Origin: Candidatus Omnitrophota bacterium
GTDB taxonomy: Bacteria > Omnitrophota > Gorgyraeia > Zapsychrales > Fredricksoniimonadaceae
Reading direction: 5' to 3'
Length of the DNA stretch: 64,000 nucleotides
NCBI GenBank assembly: GCA_903908245.1
Contig: CAIVRE010000024.1
Location: 9,676 to 73,675 of the forward strand
Shown piece by piece: positions 17,728 to 26,752 of this stretch. The position numbers and the translations under genes were made by a program. How positions within the stretch are numbered: position 1 is the first letter of the stretch; each line of letters opens with the position of its first letter. Under the pieces are notes generated by a model, which saw nothing but the letters and a program-made list of their open reading frames with translations, did not search any database and was not told the DNA's origin.

Positions 17728-18731
17728 TGTTCCTTCTGATGATCGCTTTTGTGGCGGCGGTGATCTATTTCTCAAAGGCTGCGGCCCTGCAGCCTGAGCA
17801 GCAGGTCGATGCGGACGTTTTTCGGGTCAAGGAGTCTTATCTCAAGATCATCGCACAGAAAGACGAGCAGGCCGCCGAGAAAGGGCGTCTGCAGGAAGCA
17901 TCCGACCGCATTTTTAACCTGTACGACCTTATGCGCGAGTTGACGCGGGCGGCGGATGTGCCCGAGGCGTTCCGGATCTTCAAGGATCATGTGCATCGCC
18001 AGCTGGTGCTCGATGACTGCCATCTGGTGGAACATTCCCCGAAGGATATTTCGGATTTTCCGTCTTTCAAAGGGTACAAGTTTTTCTCGTTAAAAGCCAA
18101 GAAGATGGTGCTCGGGGAGCTTGCGTATAAAGGGCTGCAGGAGGATGAAGAGGCGTTCGTGATCCTGGCGGCCCAGTTCGCGCTGGCGCTGCGCCGTATC
18201 CGGCTTTACAAGGAACTGGAAGACATGGCCATAACGGACGGGCTTACGCATTTGCATACCCGCCGGTATTTGACCGAGCGGTTTCAGGAGGAGTTCGGCC
18301 GCGCCAGGCTCAAGGGGCTCGCGCTGTCGCTTTTGATGATCGATGTGGACCTTTTCAAGCATGTGAACGATCAGTACGGGCATTTGGCCGGGGACCAGGT
18401 ATTGCGGGAAGTCGGCCGTTTTATCAGCCAGCATACCCGCGAGATCGACATTACCGGCCGGTACGGCGGCGAAGAATTCTGCATTATCCTGCCCGATACG
18501 GACAAGGCTGGCGCGCTTGTTGTGGCCGAGCGTATCCGGGCGGCTGTGCAGAGCGGAAGGATAAAGGCGTATGATACCGAGATCGCTGTGACCGTCAGTA
18601 TCGGGGTCGCGACTTTTATGGAAGATGCGCATCAGATGGAAGAGTTGCTGGACAAGGCCGATTGGGCGTTGTACCGGGCCAAGAAAACGGGCCGGAACCG
18701 GGTGGTGGGGTTCAGCGTTTACTTGACTTGA
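17712..18731 (+). CDS. membrane-anchored GGDEF diguanylate cyclase
   Basis: N-terminal TM helix, 'RYGGEEFCIILPD' GGDEF motif; overlaps the upstream GGDEF gene by 16 nt. Confidence 0.75.
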   Translation: MPFTLMFLLMIAFVAAVIYFSKAAALQPEQQVDADVFRVKESYLKIIAQKDEQAAEKGRLQEASDRIFNLYDLMRELTRAADVPEAFRIFKDHVHRQLVLDDCHLVEHSPKDISDFPSFKGYKFFSLKAKKMVLGELAYKGLQEDEEAFVILAAQFALALRRIRLYKELEDMAITDGLTHLHTRRYLTERFQEEFGRARLKGLALSLLMIDVDLFKHVNDQYGHLAGDQVLREVGRFISQHTREIDITGRYGGEEFCIILPDTDKAGALVVAERIRAAVQSGRIKAYDTEIAVTVSIGVATFMEDAHQMEELLDKADWALYRAKKTGRNRVVGFSVYLT

Positions 18732-18766
18732 AAAGGATTTCCATGGCGAATTCCAGTAAATAGAAA

Positions 18767-18795
18767 TTGAACATCAATTGTCTTTCATGTAGAAT
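18767..18795 (+). promoter_or_regulatory. candidate sigma70 promoter TTGAAC-17nt-TAGAAT upstream of the ROK-lptD-ugd gene run
   Basis: Hexamers read directly at 18767-18772 and 18790-18795 in the 108-bp AT-rich gap before the ATG at 18840. Confidence 0.35.
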
Positions 18796-18839
18796 ATGCC
18801 CTTCATAAATAATTTTATTAAACACTTAACTTATTCATT

Positions 18840-19766
18840 ATGAAACACTTTGTTGTCGGCGTTGATGTTGGTGGCACCAATGTAAAATTGGGCATTGTCA
18901 ATTCTTCGGGGAAGGTCCTTTCCCGTTCCTCATTCTCTACCGTAGCGTTCATTCAGACACCCGAGACCCTTACTGATGCTGTATGTGAGGCGGTCGTTGC
19001 GCTTTTGGCCAAGGAAGGCGTTTCAAGATCGGATGTGCTGGGGGTCGGCATCGGCCTTCCGGGGCTCATTGATGTGGATAAAGGGGTCGTGCGCCTTCTG
19101 CCGAATATTCCCGGATGGGCGGATGTGGCGCTTAAGCGTATCATGGAAAAAAAGCTGGGGCTTAAGGTCCTGGTTGAGAATGATGTGAATATGATCACCC
19201 TTGGGGAATGGGAGTATGGCGCGGGCAAGGGGATCGAAGACCTTATTTGCATGACGCTGGGGACGGGTGTTGGCGCCGGGCTGATCCTCAACAACCGGAT
19301 CTACCGCGGCCCCGGGTTTGCGGCCGGCGAGATCGGGCATGCGCCTTTAAGCGATGATGGCCCGGCATGCGGTTGCGGCGGGTGGGGGTGTTTCGAGCGT
19401 TCCGTGGGGAACAAGCGGTTGCAGAAAGATGCGGTCGTGATGTTCGGCAAGGAAGATATTACGCTGGAAGATGTGTATCGCAAGGCTGTTGAAGGCAAGA
19501 AAAAGGCGTTGAAATTCTGGGAGGCGGTGGGAGAGAAGGTCGCGCTTGGGCTCATCGGCCCTATTAACATCCTGAATCCCGAGTGCATTATTATCGGCGG
19601 CGGGGTATCGCGCAGTTTTGACTGGATGAAGCCTTCCATTGAAAAGACCGTTAAACGGCGTTGTATGAAGACCCAGGCAGAAATGGTGCGGTTCGTCAAG
19701 GCCCGCCTTGATGATGATGCCGGGATCATCGGCGCGGAGGTGCTGATCCGTCATGAAAATAATTAG
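18840..19766 (+). CDS. ROK-family sugar kinase (glucokinase-like)
   Basis: 'FVVGVDVGGTNVKLGIV' ATP-binding N-terminus and ROK zinc motif 'CGCGGWGCFE'; 308 aa. Confidence 0.8.
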   Translation: MKHFVVGVDVGGTNVKLGIVNSSGKVLSRSSFSTVAFIQTPETLTDAVCEAVVALLAKEGVSRSDVLGVGIGLPGLIDVDKGVVRLLPNIPGWADVALKRIMEKKLGLKVLVENDVNMITLGEWEYGAGKGIEDLICMTLGTGVGAGLILNNRIYRGPGFAAGEIGHAPLSDDGPACGCGGWGCFERSVGNKRLQKDAVVMFGKEDITLEDVYRKAVEGKKKALKFWEAVGEKVALGLIGPINILNPECIIIGGGVSRSFDWMKPSIEKTVKRRCMKTQAEMVRFVKARLDDDAGIIGAEVLIRHENN

Positions 19767-21936
19767 CCCGTCCTTAAAAATATTTTTTGTCCTGGCCATG
19801 GCTTTTTTGATGGCGGGGAGTGTTGTTTTTTGTGTCCAGGCCGGGGTCATGGACAAACTTTCCGGGAAGAAAGAGGCATCCGGGGGGGGCGCTGTTCAGC
19901 AGCCTGTCGAGCTTAACGGCGATACTGTTGAATATAAAGCCGACGAGGGCAAGTTCGTGGCTTCCGGGAATGTGGTTGTTCATCAGAAGGGCGGGTCCAC
20001 GCTTTATTGTGATCGTATCGAATTTTATCGTGACCGCCAGGAAGGCCGGGCCGAAGGGAATGTTGTGCTTGATTCCGACAAGGGTTCGGTCTGGGCGGAA
20101 AAGGCTTTTTACAATTTTCAGACAAAAAAGGGCGAATTCACCAATGCGCGGATCATGGCGAGCCCGGTGTTTGGCCGGGGGGCTACGATCTCCAAGATCC
20201 GGGACAATTATTATGTGATGTCCGACGGTTACTTTACCACCAGCGATTATGACGACCCGGAGTGGCGTGTGAAATCCCGCCATATCGAGGTTTTTCTGGG
20301 AGACAAGGCGATCGCGCGCAATTCCACGATGTATTTGGGCGGCGTCCCTGTGATGTATATGCCGAAATATGTCCAGGACCTGCGCAAGAACCGGCCGCAT
20401 TTCAGCGTGGTCCCGGGGTATAGCAAGGATTGGGGCGGGTTCCTTCTCACCAGTTATCGTGTTTATCCGGCGGATGGTGTGGAAACTGTTTATCACCTGG
20501 ATTATCGTGAACGCAAGGGCCTGGGCTATGGCCTGGATGTGGCGCTTACCCCGACTCCTGTCGGGGACAGCCTTGTTAAGACCTACTTTTTGAATGAACG
20601 GACGATTCAGGCCAAGCATGTCTGGGATGCCAAGACCGAGCCGACGGTCGTGCGCGACCGGTATCGGGCGGAATGGCGGCATCAGTGGAATATCGATCCC
20701 CAGACATCCGCGATCCTGCAGTATTACAAATTGAGCGACAGTGCGATCCTCAAGGAGTATTTTGAAAGGCAGTATCTCACGGAGCAGTCGCCGGATACTT
20801 TTGTGCTGTTGACGCATTCGACGGGCACCTCTTCGACCAGCGTGCGGATGGACAAGCGCGTGAACCGTTTTGAGACCAAGGTCGAGCGCTTGCCGGAAGT
20901 GTCCTATTCCTGGAACAATCAGCCGGTCGCGGACACGGGGTTTTATTTCAAGAGCACGAATTCCATTGTGCAGCTGGAGCAGAGGATCCCCGGGCCTACT
21001 GACCGTGACCATCAGACGATACGCTTGCTTACGGATAATGAGGTTTCACGTCCTTTTAAAGTTGCTTTCCTGGAATTCCGTCCTTACACGGGGACTGAAC
21101 AGACGTTTTATACCCGGACGCTGGATGAGTCCCATAATGACAGCTGGCGCGGGGTTTTTAAGACAGGGTCGGATGTCAGTACCAAGTTCTACCGTATTTA
21201 TGATGTCCAGTTCAACAAGTTCGGGATCGAGGTCAACAAGCTGCGCCATGTGCTGACGCCTTCGGTGGCGTACCAATATTATCATAAGCCGACCATGTCA
21301 TCCGACAAGCTTTACCAGTTCGACGGGGTTGATGCCAGGGACCGGATCGACAGGTTCGGCCTGGGCCTTGAGAGCAAGTTCCAGACCAAGCGCGAGGGTG
21401 TCAATGTTGACCTGATCCGGTCTGTCCTGTCGTCGAATTTTCGCATGAGGGATGATCCGTCGGGTGCCAGTTTCGGGGATGTTACGCTGGATAACGAATT
21501 TTATTTGAATAAATATGTCAGGACATCGCACGACATCACCTATAACCCGGATACCCAGCGCCTGACATCGGCGAATATGGATTTGAACGTGACGGATGCC
21601 AAGCGTTGGAATTTCGATATCAGCCGCCGGTATGCGATCAATTCGGATGATATCGTGACCAGTCAGATCAGTTATACGATCAATCCCAAATGGCGCGCGG
21701 TGGTTTATCATCGCTGGAACGCCGATAACGGTCTTCTGCAGGAGCAGCAATACGCGCTGACGCGCGACCTGCATTCCTGGGAGGTGGAATTCTCGTACAA
21801 GACCCAGAACGGATATACGAACGCCGGTTCCGAGGTCTGGGTGATCTTTACGCTCAAAGCTTTCCCGTCGGTTGCTTTTGATGGCGGCAAGGGGTTTGCC
21901 CGGCGCAAGACGGGTTCCCAGTCGTCGGGATTATAA
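19753..21936 (+). CDS. lptD: LPS-assembly outer-membrane protein LptD-like (OstA N-terminal beta-jellyroll plus C-terminal beta-barrel)
   Basis: Signal peptide followed by the OstA_N-like segment 'GDTVEYKADEGKFVASGNVVVHQKGGSTLYCDRIEF...AEGNVVLD'; 727 aa with alternating aromatic-rich beta-strands and a C-terminal aromatic residue. Confidence 0.65.
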   Translation: MKIISPSLKIFFVLAMAFLMAGSVVFCVQAGVMDKLSGKKEASGGGAVQQPVELNGDTVEYKADEGKFVASGNVVVHQKGGSTLYCDRIEFYRDRQEGRAEGNVVLDSDKGSVWAEKAFYNFQTKKGEFTNARIMASPVFGRGATISKIRDNYYVMSDGYFTTSDYDDPEWRVKSRHIEVFLGDKAIARNSTMYLGGVPVMYMPKYVQDLRKNRPHFSVVPGYSKDWGGFLLTSYRVYPADGVETVYHLDYRERKGLGYGLDVALTPTPVGDSLVKTYFLNERTIQAKHVWDAKTEPTVVRDRYRAEWRHQWNIDPQTSAILQYYKLSDSAILKEYFERQYLTEQSPDTFVLLTHSTGTSSTSVRMDKRVNRFETKVERLPEVSYSWNNQPVADTGFYFKSTNSIVQLEQRIPGPTDRDHQTIRLLTDNEVSRPFKVAFLEFRPYTGTEQTFYTRTLDESHNDSWRGVFKTGSDVSTKFYRIYDVQFNKFGIEVNKLRHVLTPSVAYQYYHKPTMSSDKLYQFDGVDARDRIDRFGLGLESKFQTKREGVNVDLIRSVLSSNFRMRDDPSGASFGDVTLDNEFYLNKYVRTSHDITYNPDTQRLTSANMDLNVTDAKRWNFDISRRYAINSDDIVTSQISYTINPKWRAVVYHRWNADNGLLQEQQYALTRDLHSWEVEFSYKTQNGYTNAGSEVWVIFTLKAFPSVAFDGGKGFARRKTGSQSSGL

Positions 21937-21949
21937 GAGAGGGATTTTT

Positions 21950-23275
21950 ATGGATATTGCGATCGTTGGTTCGGGGTATGTCGGCCTGGTTACGGGTGTT
22001 TGTCTGGCGCATATCGGGCATAACGTTATTTGCTGTGATAATAATCAGGACAAGATCAGGGTCCTGGAGGCCGGCGGCATGCCGATCTATGAGCCGGGCC
22101 TTAACGAGCTTCTTCTGAAATACCGCAAGGCGGGGCGTATCACCTTCACGAGCTCGATCGCCCGGGCCGCGAAAAAGGCGACGGTGATCTTTATCGCGGT
22201 GGGGACCCCTTCCAAAAAGAACGGGGACGCGGACCTGACTTATATCGAGAATGTCGCGCGGGAAGTTGCCAAGAACATGGATTCCTATAAACTTCTCGTG
22301 GAGAAGTCCACGGTCCCGGCCCAGACGGGGGACCGGATCGCCCGGACCATCCGGTTGAACCTTCCGGCAAAATACAAGAAGGGCAAGAATGCCACCCTCG
22401 AGTTTGATGTGGCCTCCAACCCCGAGTTTTTGCGCGAGGGGTCGGCGATCGAGGATTTCATGAATCCCGACCGCATTGTTATCGGCGTTGAGTCCAAGCG
22501 AGCCGAACGGCTCCTGCGCGAGATCTATAAACCGCTCAAAGCCACGGTCGTTGTCACCAACCTGGCGACTGCCGAGATGATCAAGCACGCGTCGAATTCG
22601 TTTTTGGCCACGAAAATATCTTTCATTAATTCGGTGGCCCAGATCTGCGAGCGGGTCGGCGCGGATGTGGAGAAGGTGGCCGAGGGGATGGGGTACGACA
22701 AGCGTATCGGCCGGGCTTTCCTTAATGCCGGCATCGGTTATGGCGGAAGCTGTTTTCCGAAGGATGTGGATGCGTTCGTGTGCCTCGCCGAGAAGAGCGG
22801 CTATGATTTCAAGATCCTGAAGAGTGTCCGCGAGGTCAACGAGCATCAGAAGGCCTGGTTCACGCGCCATATTGAGGACAAGCTTTGGATCGTTAAAGAC
22901 AAGGTCATTGCGGTCTGGGGCCTGGCGTTCAAGAAGGATACGGATGACATGCGCAGTGCCGCGTCGCTGACGATCATCGAGGCGCTGCAGAACGAGGGCG
23001 CCAGGATCCAGGTCTATGATCCGCAGGCCATGCCTAACGCGAAAAAGATGCTTAAAGGGATCAAGTTCTGTCCTGATCCATATGCCGCGGCCAAGGGCGC
23101 GGACTGCCTGCTTGTCCTGACGGAATGGGATCAGTTCAAGGCGGCGGACTTTGTGAAAACGCGCGGCCTGATGCGCCAGGCGGTTATTTTCGACGGGCGG
23201 AATTTCCTGGATTCCAGGGCTTTGGGGGAATTGGGATATGAATATTACGGGATCGGGCGTGGTGGCAATGCGTAA
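21950..23275 (+). CDS. ugd: UDP-glucose 6-dehydrogenase
   Basis: 'MDIAIVGSGYVGLVTGVCLA' NAD-binding N-terminus and catalytic 'GGSCFPKD'. ATG at 21950 lies 14 nt after the lptD stop, with an AGAGAGGG RBS. Confidence 0.85.
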   Translation: MDIAIVGSGYVGLVTGVCLAHIGHNVICCDNNQDKIRVLEAGGMPIYEPGLNELLLKYRKAGRITFTSSIARAAKKATVIFIAVGTPSKKNGDADLTYIENVAREVAKNMDSYKLLVEKSTVPAQTGDRIARTIRLNLPAKYKKGKNATLEFDVASNPEFLREGSAIEDFMNPDRIVIGVESKRAERLLREIYKPLKATVVVTNLATAEMIKHASNSFLATKISFINSVAQICERVGADVEKVAEGMGYDKRIGRAFLNAGIGYGGSCFPKDVDAFVCLAEKSGYDFKILKSVREVNEHQKAWFTRHIEDKLWIVKDKVIAVWGLAFKKDTDDMRSAASLTIIEALQNEGARIQVYDPQAMPNAKKMLKGIKFCPDPYAAAKGADCLLVLTEWDQFKAADFVKTRGLMRQAVIFDGRNFLDSRALGELGYEYYGIGRGGNA

Positions 23276-24569
23276 ACAATTGCTGGCCAGGATCCATTCG
23301 CGTAAGGCGTGTATTGCGGTTATCGGGCTTGGTTATGTTGGCTTGCCGCTGGCGCTCGGTTTTGCGGCGAAGGGGTTCAAGACATTCGGGATCGATACGA
23401 ACCCGGAACGCGTCAGGCATCTTCTTGACGGGACAAGTTTTATCACCGATGTGAGCGATGCTGCGGTTGCGGGCCCTGTCAGGAAAGGCCTTTTTGTCCC
23501 GACGCTGGATGCGTCCCTGATCCGCGGCTGCCAGGTGGTTATCATCTGTGTCCCAACACCGATCAAGCGCCGGTATACGCCGGATATCTCCTTTATGCTG
23601 TCCGCGGTGCGGGCCGTTACAAAGAACCTGGCCAGGGGCACGCTGGTGGTCCTGGAAAGTACGACTTATCCCGGTACGACGGAAGAGCTGATCCTCCCCG
23701 AGCTTGAGAAGAGCGGGCTCAAGGCGGGCAAGGATTTTTTCCTGGCTTTTTCCCCGGAACGTATTGACCCGGGTAACGCCAGTCACACGGTTACGCGTAT
23801 TCCGAAGGTCATCGGCGGCCTTACGCCGGCCTGTAATGAGCTGACGGCTGCTCTTTATGGAAGCATTATCAAGCAGGTGCATCTGGTTTCGTCGCCTCGG
23901 GCGGCCGAGATGGCCAAGCTTCTGGAAAATACGTTCCGCCTGATCAATATCGGCTGGGTCAATGAAGCGGCGATGATGTGCAAGGCATTTAATATCGATA
24001 TCTGGGAAGCGATCGACGCGGCTAGCACCAAGCCGTTCGGTTTCATGCCGTTCTATCCGGGCCTTGGTGTCGGTGGGCATTGTATCCCGGAAGACCCGAT
24101 CTATCTTTACTGGAAAGCCAAACAGCATGGCTATGCGTCGCGGTTCATCAAGCTTTCGGCGGATATCAATGCGTCGATGCCCGGATATGCGGCGGAGCGT
24201 ATCGGTGCGATCCTCAAAGGGCGCGGCAAAACGCTGGCCGGCGCGCGGGTCCTGGTGCTGGGGGTCACGTACAAGAAAGATGTCAAAGACCTGCGCAAAT
24301 CGCCTTCTATCAAACTGATCGAGTCCCTGCGGCGTCATGGGGCTGAGGTTGTTTTTTACGATCCGCTGGTGGCGTATCTGAGCATTGACGGGCTGAAACT
24401 TGACGGGATCGCGCTGACGCCCAAGGCGGTGGCCGTGCAGGATTGCGTGGCTGTTGCGGTCGATCATTCCGGCGTGGATTATTCCATGGTGCTCAAACAG
24501 GCGAAGGCCGTGTTTGACATCAGGAATGTGTACCGCGGAAAGGCGTCACCCAAGATCACAAAATTATAA
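23268..24569 (+). CDS. UDP-N-acetyl-hexosamine 6-dehydrogenase (WecC/TviB/Cap5O-like member of the UDP-glucose/GDP-mannose dehydrogenase family)
   Basis: 'IAVIGLGYVGLPLALGFA', 'GVGGHCIPEDP'; overlaps the ugd stop by 8 nt. Confidence 0.8.
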   Translation: MRKQLLARIHSRKACIAVIGLGYVGLPLALGFAAKGFKTFGIDTNPERVRHLLDGTSFITDVSDAAVAGPVRKGLFVPTLDASLIRGCQVVIICVPTPIKRRYTPDISFMLSAVRAVTKNLARGTLVVLESTTYPGTTEELILPELEKSGLKAGKDFFLAFSPERIDPGNASHTVTRIPKVIGGLTPACNELTAALYGSIIKQVHLVSSPRAAEMAKLLENTFRLINIGWVNEAAMMCKAFNIDIWEAIDAASTKPFGFMPFYPGLGVGGHCIPEDPIYLYWKAKQHGYASRFIKLSADINASMPGYAAERIGAILKGRGKTLAGARVLVLGVTYKKDVKDLRKSPSIKLIESLRRHGAEVVFYDPLVAYLSIDGLKLDGIALTPKAVAVQDCVAVAVDHSGVDYSMVLKQAKAVFDIRNVYRGKASPKITKL

Positions 24570-24652
24570 ACATGCGCGTAGGGGCTGGCCCCCGTGCCGG
24601 ACCGGCGAAACTATGTTCATGGAAATCGAATTTCAATTAAGGATATCATCAC

Positions 24653-25594
24653 ATGAGCGCGAAAAAAGTTGTTCTGATCTCCGGCGGAGCCGGTTTCCTG
24701 GCCAGTCATATATGCGACCAGCTGATCTCGGGCGGGTATAAGATCATCTGCCTGGATAATTTTATAACCGGCAAGAATGCGAATATCAGTCATCTTCTCA
24801 GGAACAAGGACTTTGTTTTTGTCAGGCAGAATGTTTCGGTGCCTTTTAAGGTCGCCGGGAAGGTTGATTATGTGATGCATTGCGCCTCTCCTGCAAGCCC
24901 GGTGGATTATTACAGTTATCCGATCGAAACGATGCTGGTGGGGTCCAACGGAACTTATCATATGCTCGAGTTGGCCAAGGCTAAAAAAGCGGTTTTCTTG
25001 CTGACCTCGACATCCGAAGTTTATGGTGACCCGAAGGTCCATCCGCAGACGGAAGATTATTGGGGCAATGTGAACCCGATCGGCCCGCGCAGTGTTTATG
25101 ACGAAGCCAAGCGTTATGCCGAGGCCATGACCTTTGCCTATCGCCGGGAATTCAAGGTGGATACGCGGGTGGTGCGTATTTTTAATACGTACGGGCCGCG
25201 GATGAACGTGAATGACGGGCGCGTGGTGCCGAATTTTATTTGTCAGGCGCTCAAAGGCCGGCCGATCACGCTTTACGGTGATGGAAAGCAGACCCGTTCA
25301 TTCTGTTATGTGGCCGATGAGGCCGCGGGGATCCTGAAGCTGCTGTTCTCGCGTGAGCCGGGGCCGGTGAATATCGGGAATCCGCGTGAATTCAACATGA
25401 TCGAATTTGCGAAGCTGGTCCTTGAGTTGACAGGGAGCAAGAGCAAGCTGGTATACAAGCCGCTGCCGGAAGACGATCCGAAGCAGCGCCGGCCGGATAT
25501 CACGCTGGCCCGCACAAAGCTTGGCTGGGAACCGAAGATCGAGCTGCGTGAAGGATTGACGAAGACGATCGCCTGGTTCAGGGAGAATATTTAA
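24653..25594 (+). CDS. UDP-glucuronate decarboxylase (UDP-xylose synthase, UXS/ArnA-C-like SDR)
   Basis: '[21 protein letters not shown]' and catalytic 'YDEAKRYAE'; 313 aa, with the UXS-typical '[11 protein letters not shown]' segment. Confidence 0.8.
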   Translation: MSAKKVVLISGGAGFLASHICDQLISGGYKIICLDNFITGKNANISHLLRNKDFVFVRQNVSVPFKVAGKVDYVMHCASPASPVDYYSYPIETMLVGSNGTYHMLELAKAKKAVFLLTSTSEVYGDPKVHPQTEDYWGNVNPIGPRSVYDEAKRYAEAMTFAYRREFKVDTRVVRIFNTYGPRMNVNDGRVVPNFICQALKGRPITLYGDGKQTRSFCYVADEAAGILKLLFSREPGPVNIGNPREFNMIEFAKLVLELTGSKSKLVYKPLPEDDPKQRRPDITLARTKLGWEPKIELREGLTKTIAWFRENI

Positions 25595-25595
25595 T

Positions 25596-26213
25596 ATGGT
25601 TGAATATTCTAAAGACGAGCTGGTTGCATTCGAGAACGAGATCGCCGGGATATTCGCCCAGGGCCTGATCAAGGCGCCGGTGCATTTGCGCGCTGGCCGG
25701 GAGGACGCGCTGATCGGTATTTTCCGGAAGTACGACATCGGCCCGGAGGATTATGTTTTTGGTTTTTGGGATTCGCATGAGCTTTGCCTGCTTAAAGGAG
25801 TGCCGCGCGAAGCGGTGAAGCAGGCGATCGTTGACGGGCGCAGTATCGCGCTGTGTTTTCCGGAGCATAAAGTGTATTGTTCCGGGATCGTCGGAAGCCT
25901 GATGGGGGCGGCGACCGGCGCGGCCTGGGCGCTCAAGAAGAAGGGGAAAAAGGGGCGCGCGTTCCTGTTCTGCGGGGACATGTCGTCCGAGACGGGGATC
26001 TTCCATGAAGCGGTCAAGTATGCCGTCAATTTCGACCTTCCGGCGGTGTTCGTGGTCAGCGATAACGGGATCAGCGTGATGACCAACACCCGCGAATCCT
26101 GGGGGTCTGCCGAGCCGTGGTTCAAGGGGACGCGTTTCGAGAGCAAGATCGAGTATTTTCAATACAAGAATGGCTGGCCGCATTCGGGCCTGGGAAAGTT
26201 GATAAAATTCTGA
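25596..26213 (+). CDS. minimal thiamine-diphosphate-dependent E1 alpha-like subunit (2-oxoacid dehydrogenase E1 alpha TPP-binding domain only)
   Basis: TPP motif 'FCGDMSSETGIFHEAVKYAVNFDLPAVFVVSDNG' (GD-x27-DNG). Only 205 aa, against about 330 aa for a canonical E1 alpha. Confidence 0.55.
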   Translation: MVEYSKDELVAFENEIAGIFAQGLIKAPVHLRAGREDALIGIFRKYDIGPEDYVFGFWDSHELCLLKGVPREAVKQAIVDGRSIALCFPEHKVYCSGIVGSLMGAATGAAWALKKKGKKGRAFLFCGDMSSETGIFHEAVKYAVNFDLPAVFVVSDNGISVMTNTRESWGSAEPWFKGTRFESKIEYFQYKNGWPHSGLGKLIKF

Positions 26214-26749
26214 TGAAATATTTTGATGAGTTAAAACGCACGATGGAATGGCTCGCGGCGAAGCCGGACACTTTGTTCGTCGGGCAGACGGCCGGGGTGC
26301 CGGGGACTTTCATGTTCCAGACCCTGCGGGATATTCCGAAGGACCGGGCGCTGGAATTTCCGGTCAACGAAAGTTTCCAGATGCAGTTCTCTCTGGGGCT
26401 GGCCCTTGAGGGTTATGTGCCGGTCTCGGTCTATCCCCGCCAGAATTTTCTCTTGCTCGCGACGGGCGATATGTCGAACATGATCGACAAGCTTTCGGCC
26501 ATGAGCGGCGGGGCGGTCAATCCGAAGATCATTATCCGGGTCGCGACGGGGCCGTTCAAGCCGGTCCATCCCGGGCATCAGCATATCGGGAACTTCGCCG
26601 AGGGGTTCCGGAAGATCCTCGACTGGATCGAGGTGGTCGAGGTCAACGAGCCTGAAGAGATATTCCCTGCCTATCAGAACGCTTACGAGCGCAAGGATGG
26701 CCGGTCGACGCTGATCATTGAGGACGGGAACTTTTACAACGAGAAATAA
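26213..26749 (+). CDS. minimal E1 beta-like / transketolase pyrimidine-binding domain subunit
   Basis: 178 aa; 'EFPVNESFQMQFSLGLALEGYVPV' and 'HQHIGNFAEGF' align to the E1 beta N-terminal domain. ATG shares one nucleotide with the upstream TGA (TGATG). Confidence 0.5.
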   Translation: MKYFDELKRTMEWLAAKPDTLFVGQTAGVPGTFMFQTLRDIPKDRALEFPVNESFQMQFSLGLALEGYVPVSVYPRQNFLLLATGDMSNMIDKLSAMSGGAVNPKIIIRVATGPFKPVHPGHQHIGNFAEGFRKILDWIEVVEVNEPEEIFPAYQNAYERKDGRSTLIIEDGNFYNEK

Positions 26750-26752
26750 AAA

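Noticed and set aside
19774..21012. Long minus-strand ORFs overlapping plus-strand genes (for example 19774..21012, 21854..22870, 10649..11584, 11936..12718, 23184..24467, 30167..31210, 36830..37831, 38200..39009, 39961..41178, 45624..46535, 50638..51480, 51363..52406, 53933..54694, 54854..55576)
   Set aside because: They are antisense shadows of GC-rich coding sequence. The plus-strand partners have clear family signatures and translational coupling, and the minus-strand products are Arg/Pro/Gly-rich low-complexity proteins with no motifs.
24581..24593. Short GC palindrome GGGGCTGGCCCCC after the second dehydrogenase gene, as a possible terminator
   Set aside because: The stem is only 4-5 bp with a 2-4 nt loop and no U-tract, which is too weak to call.
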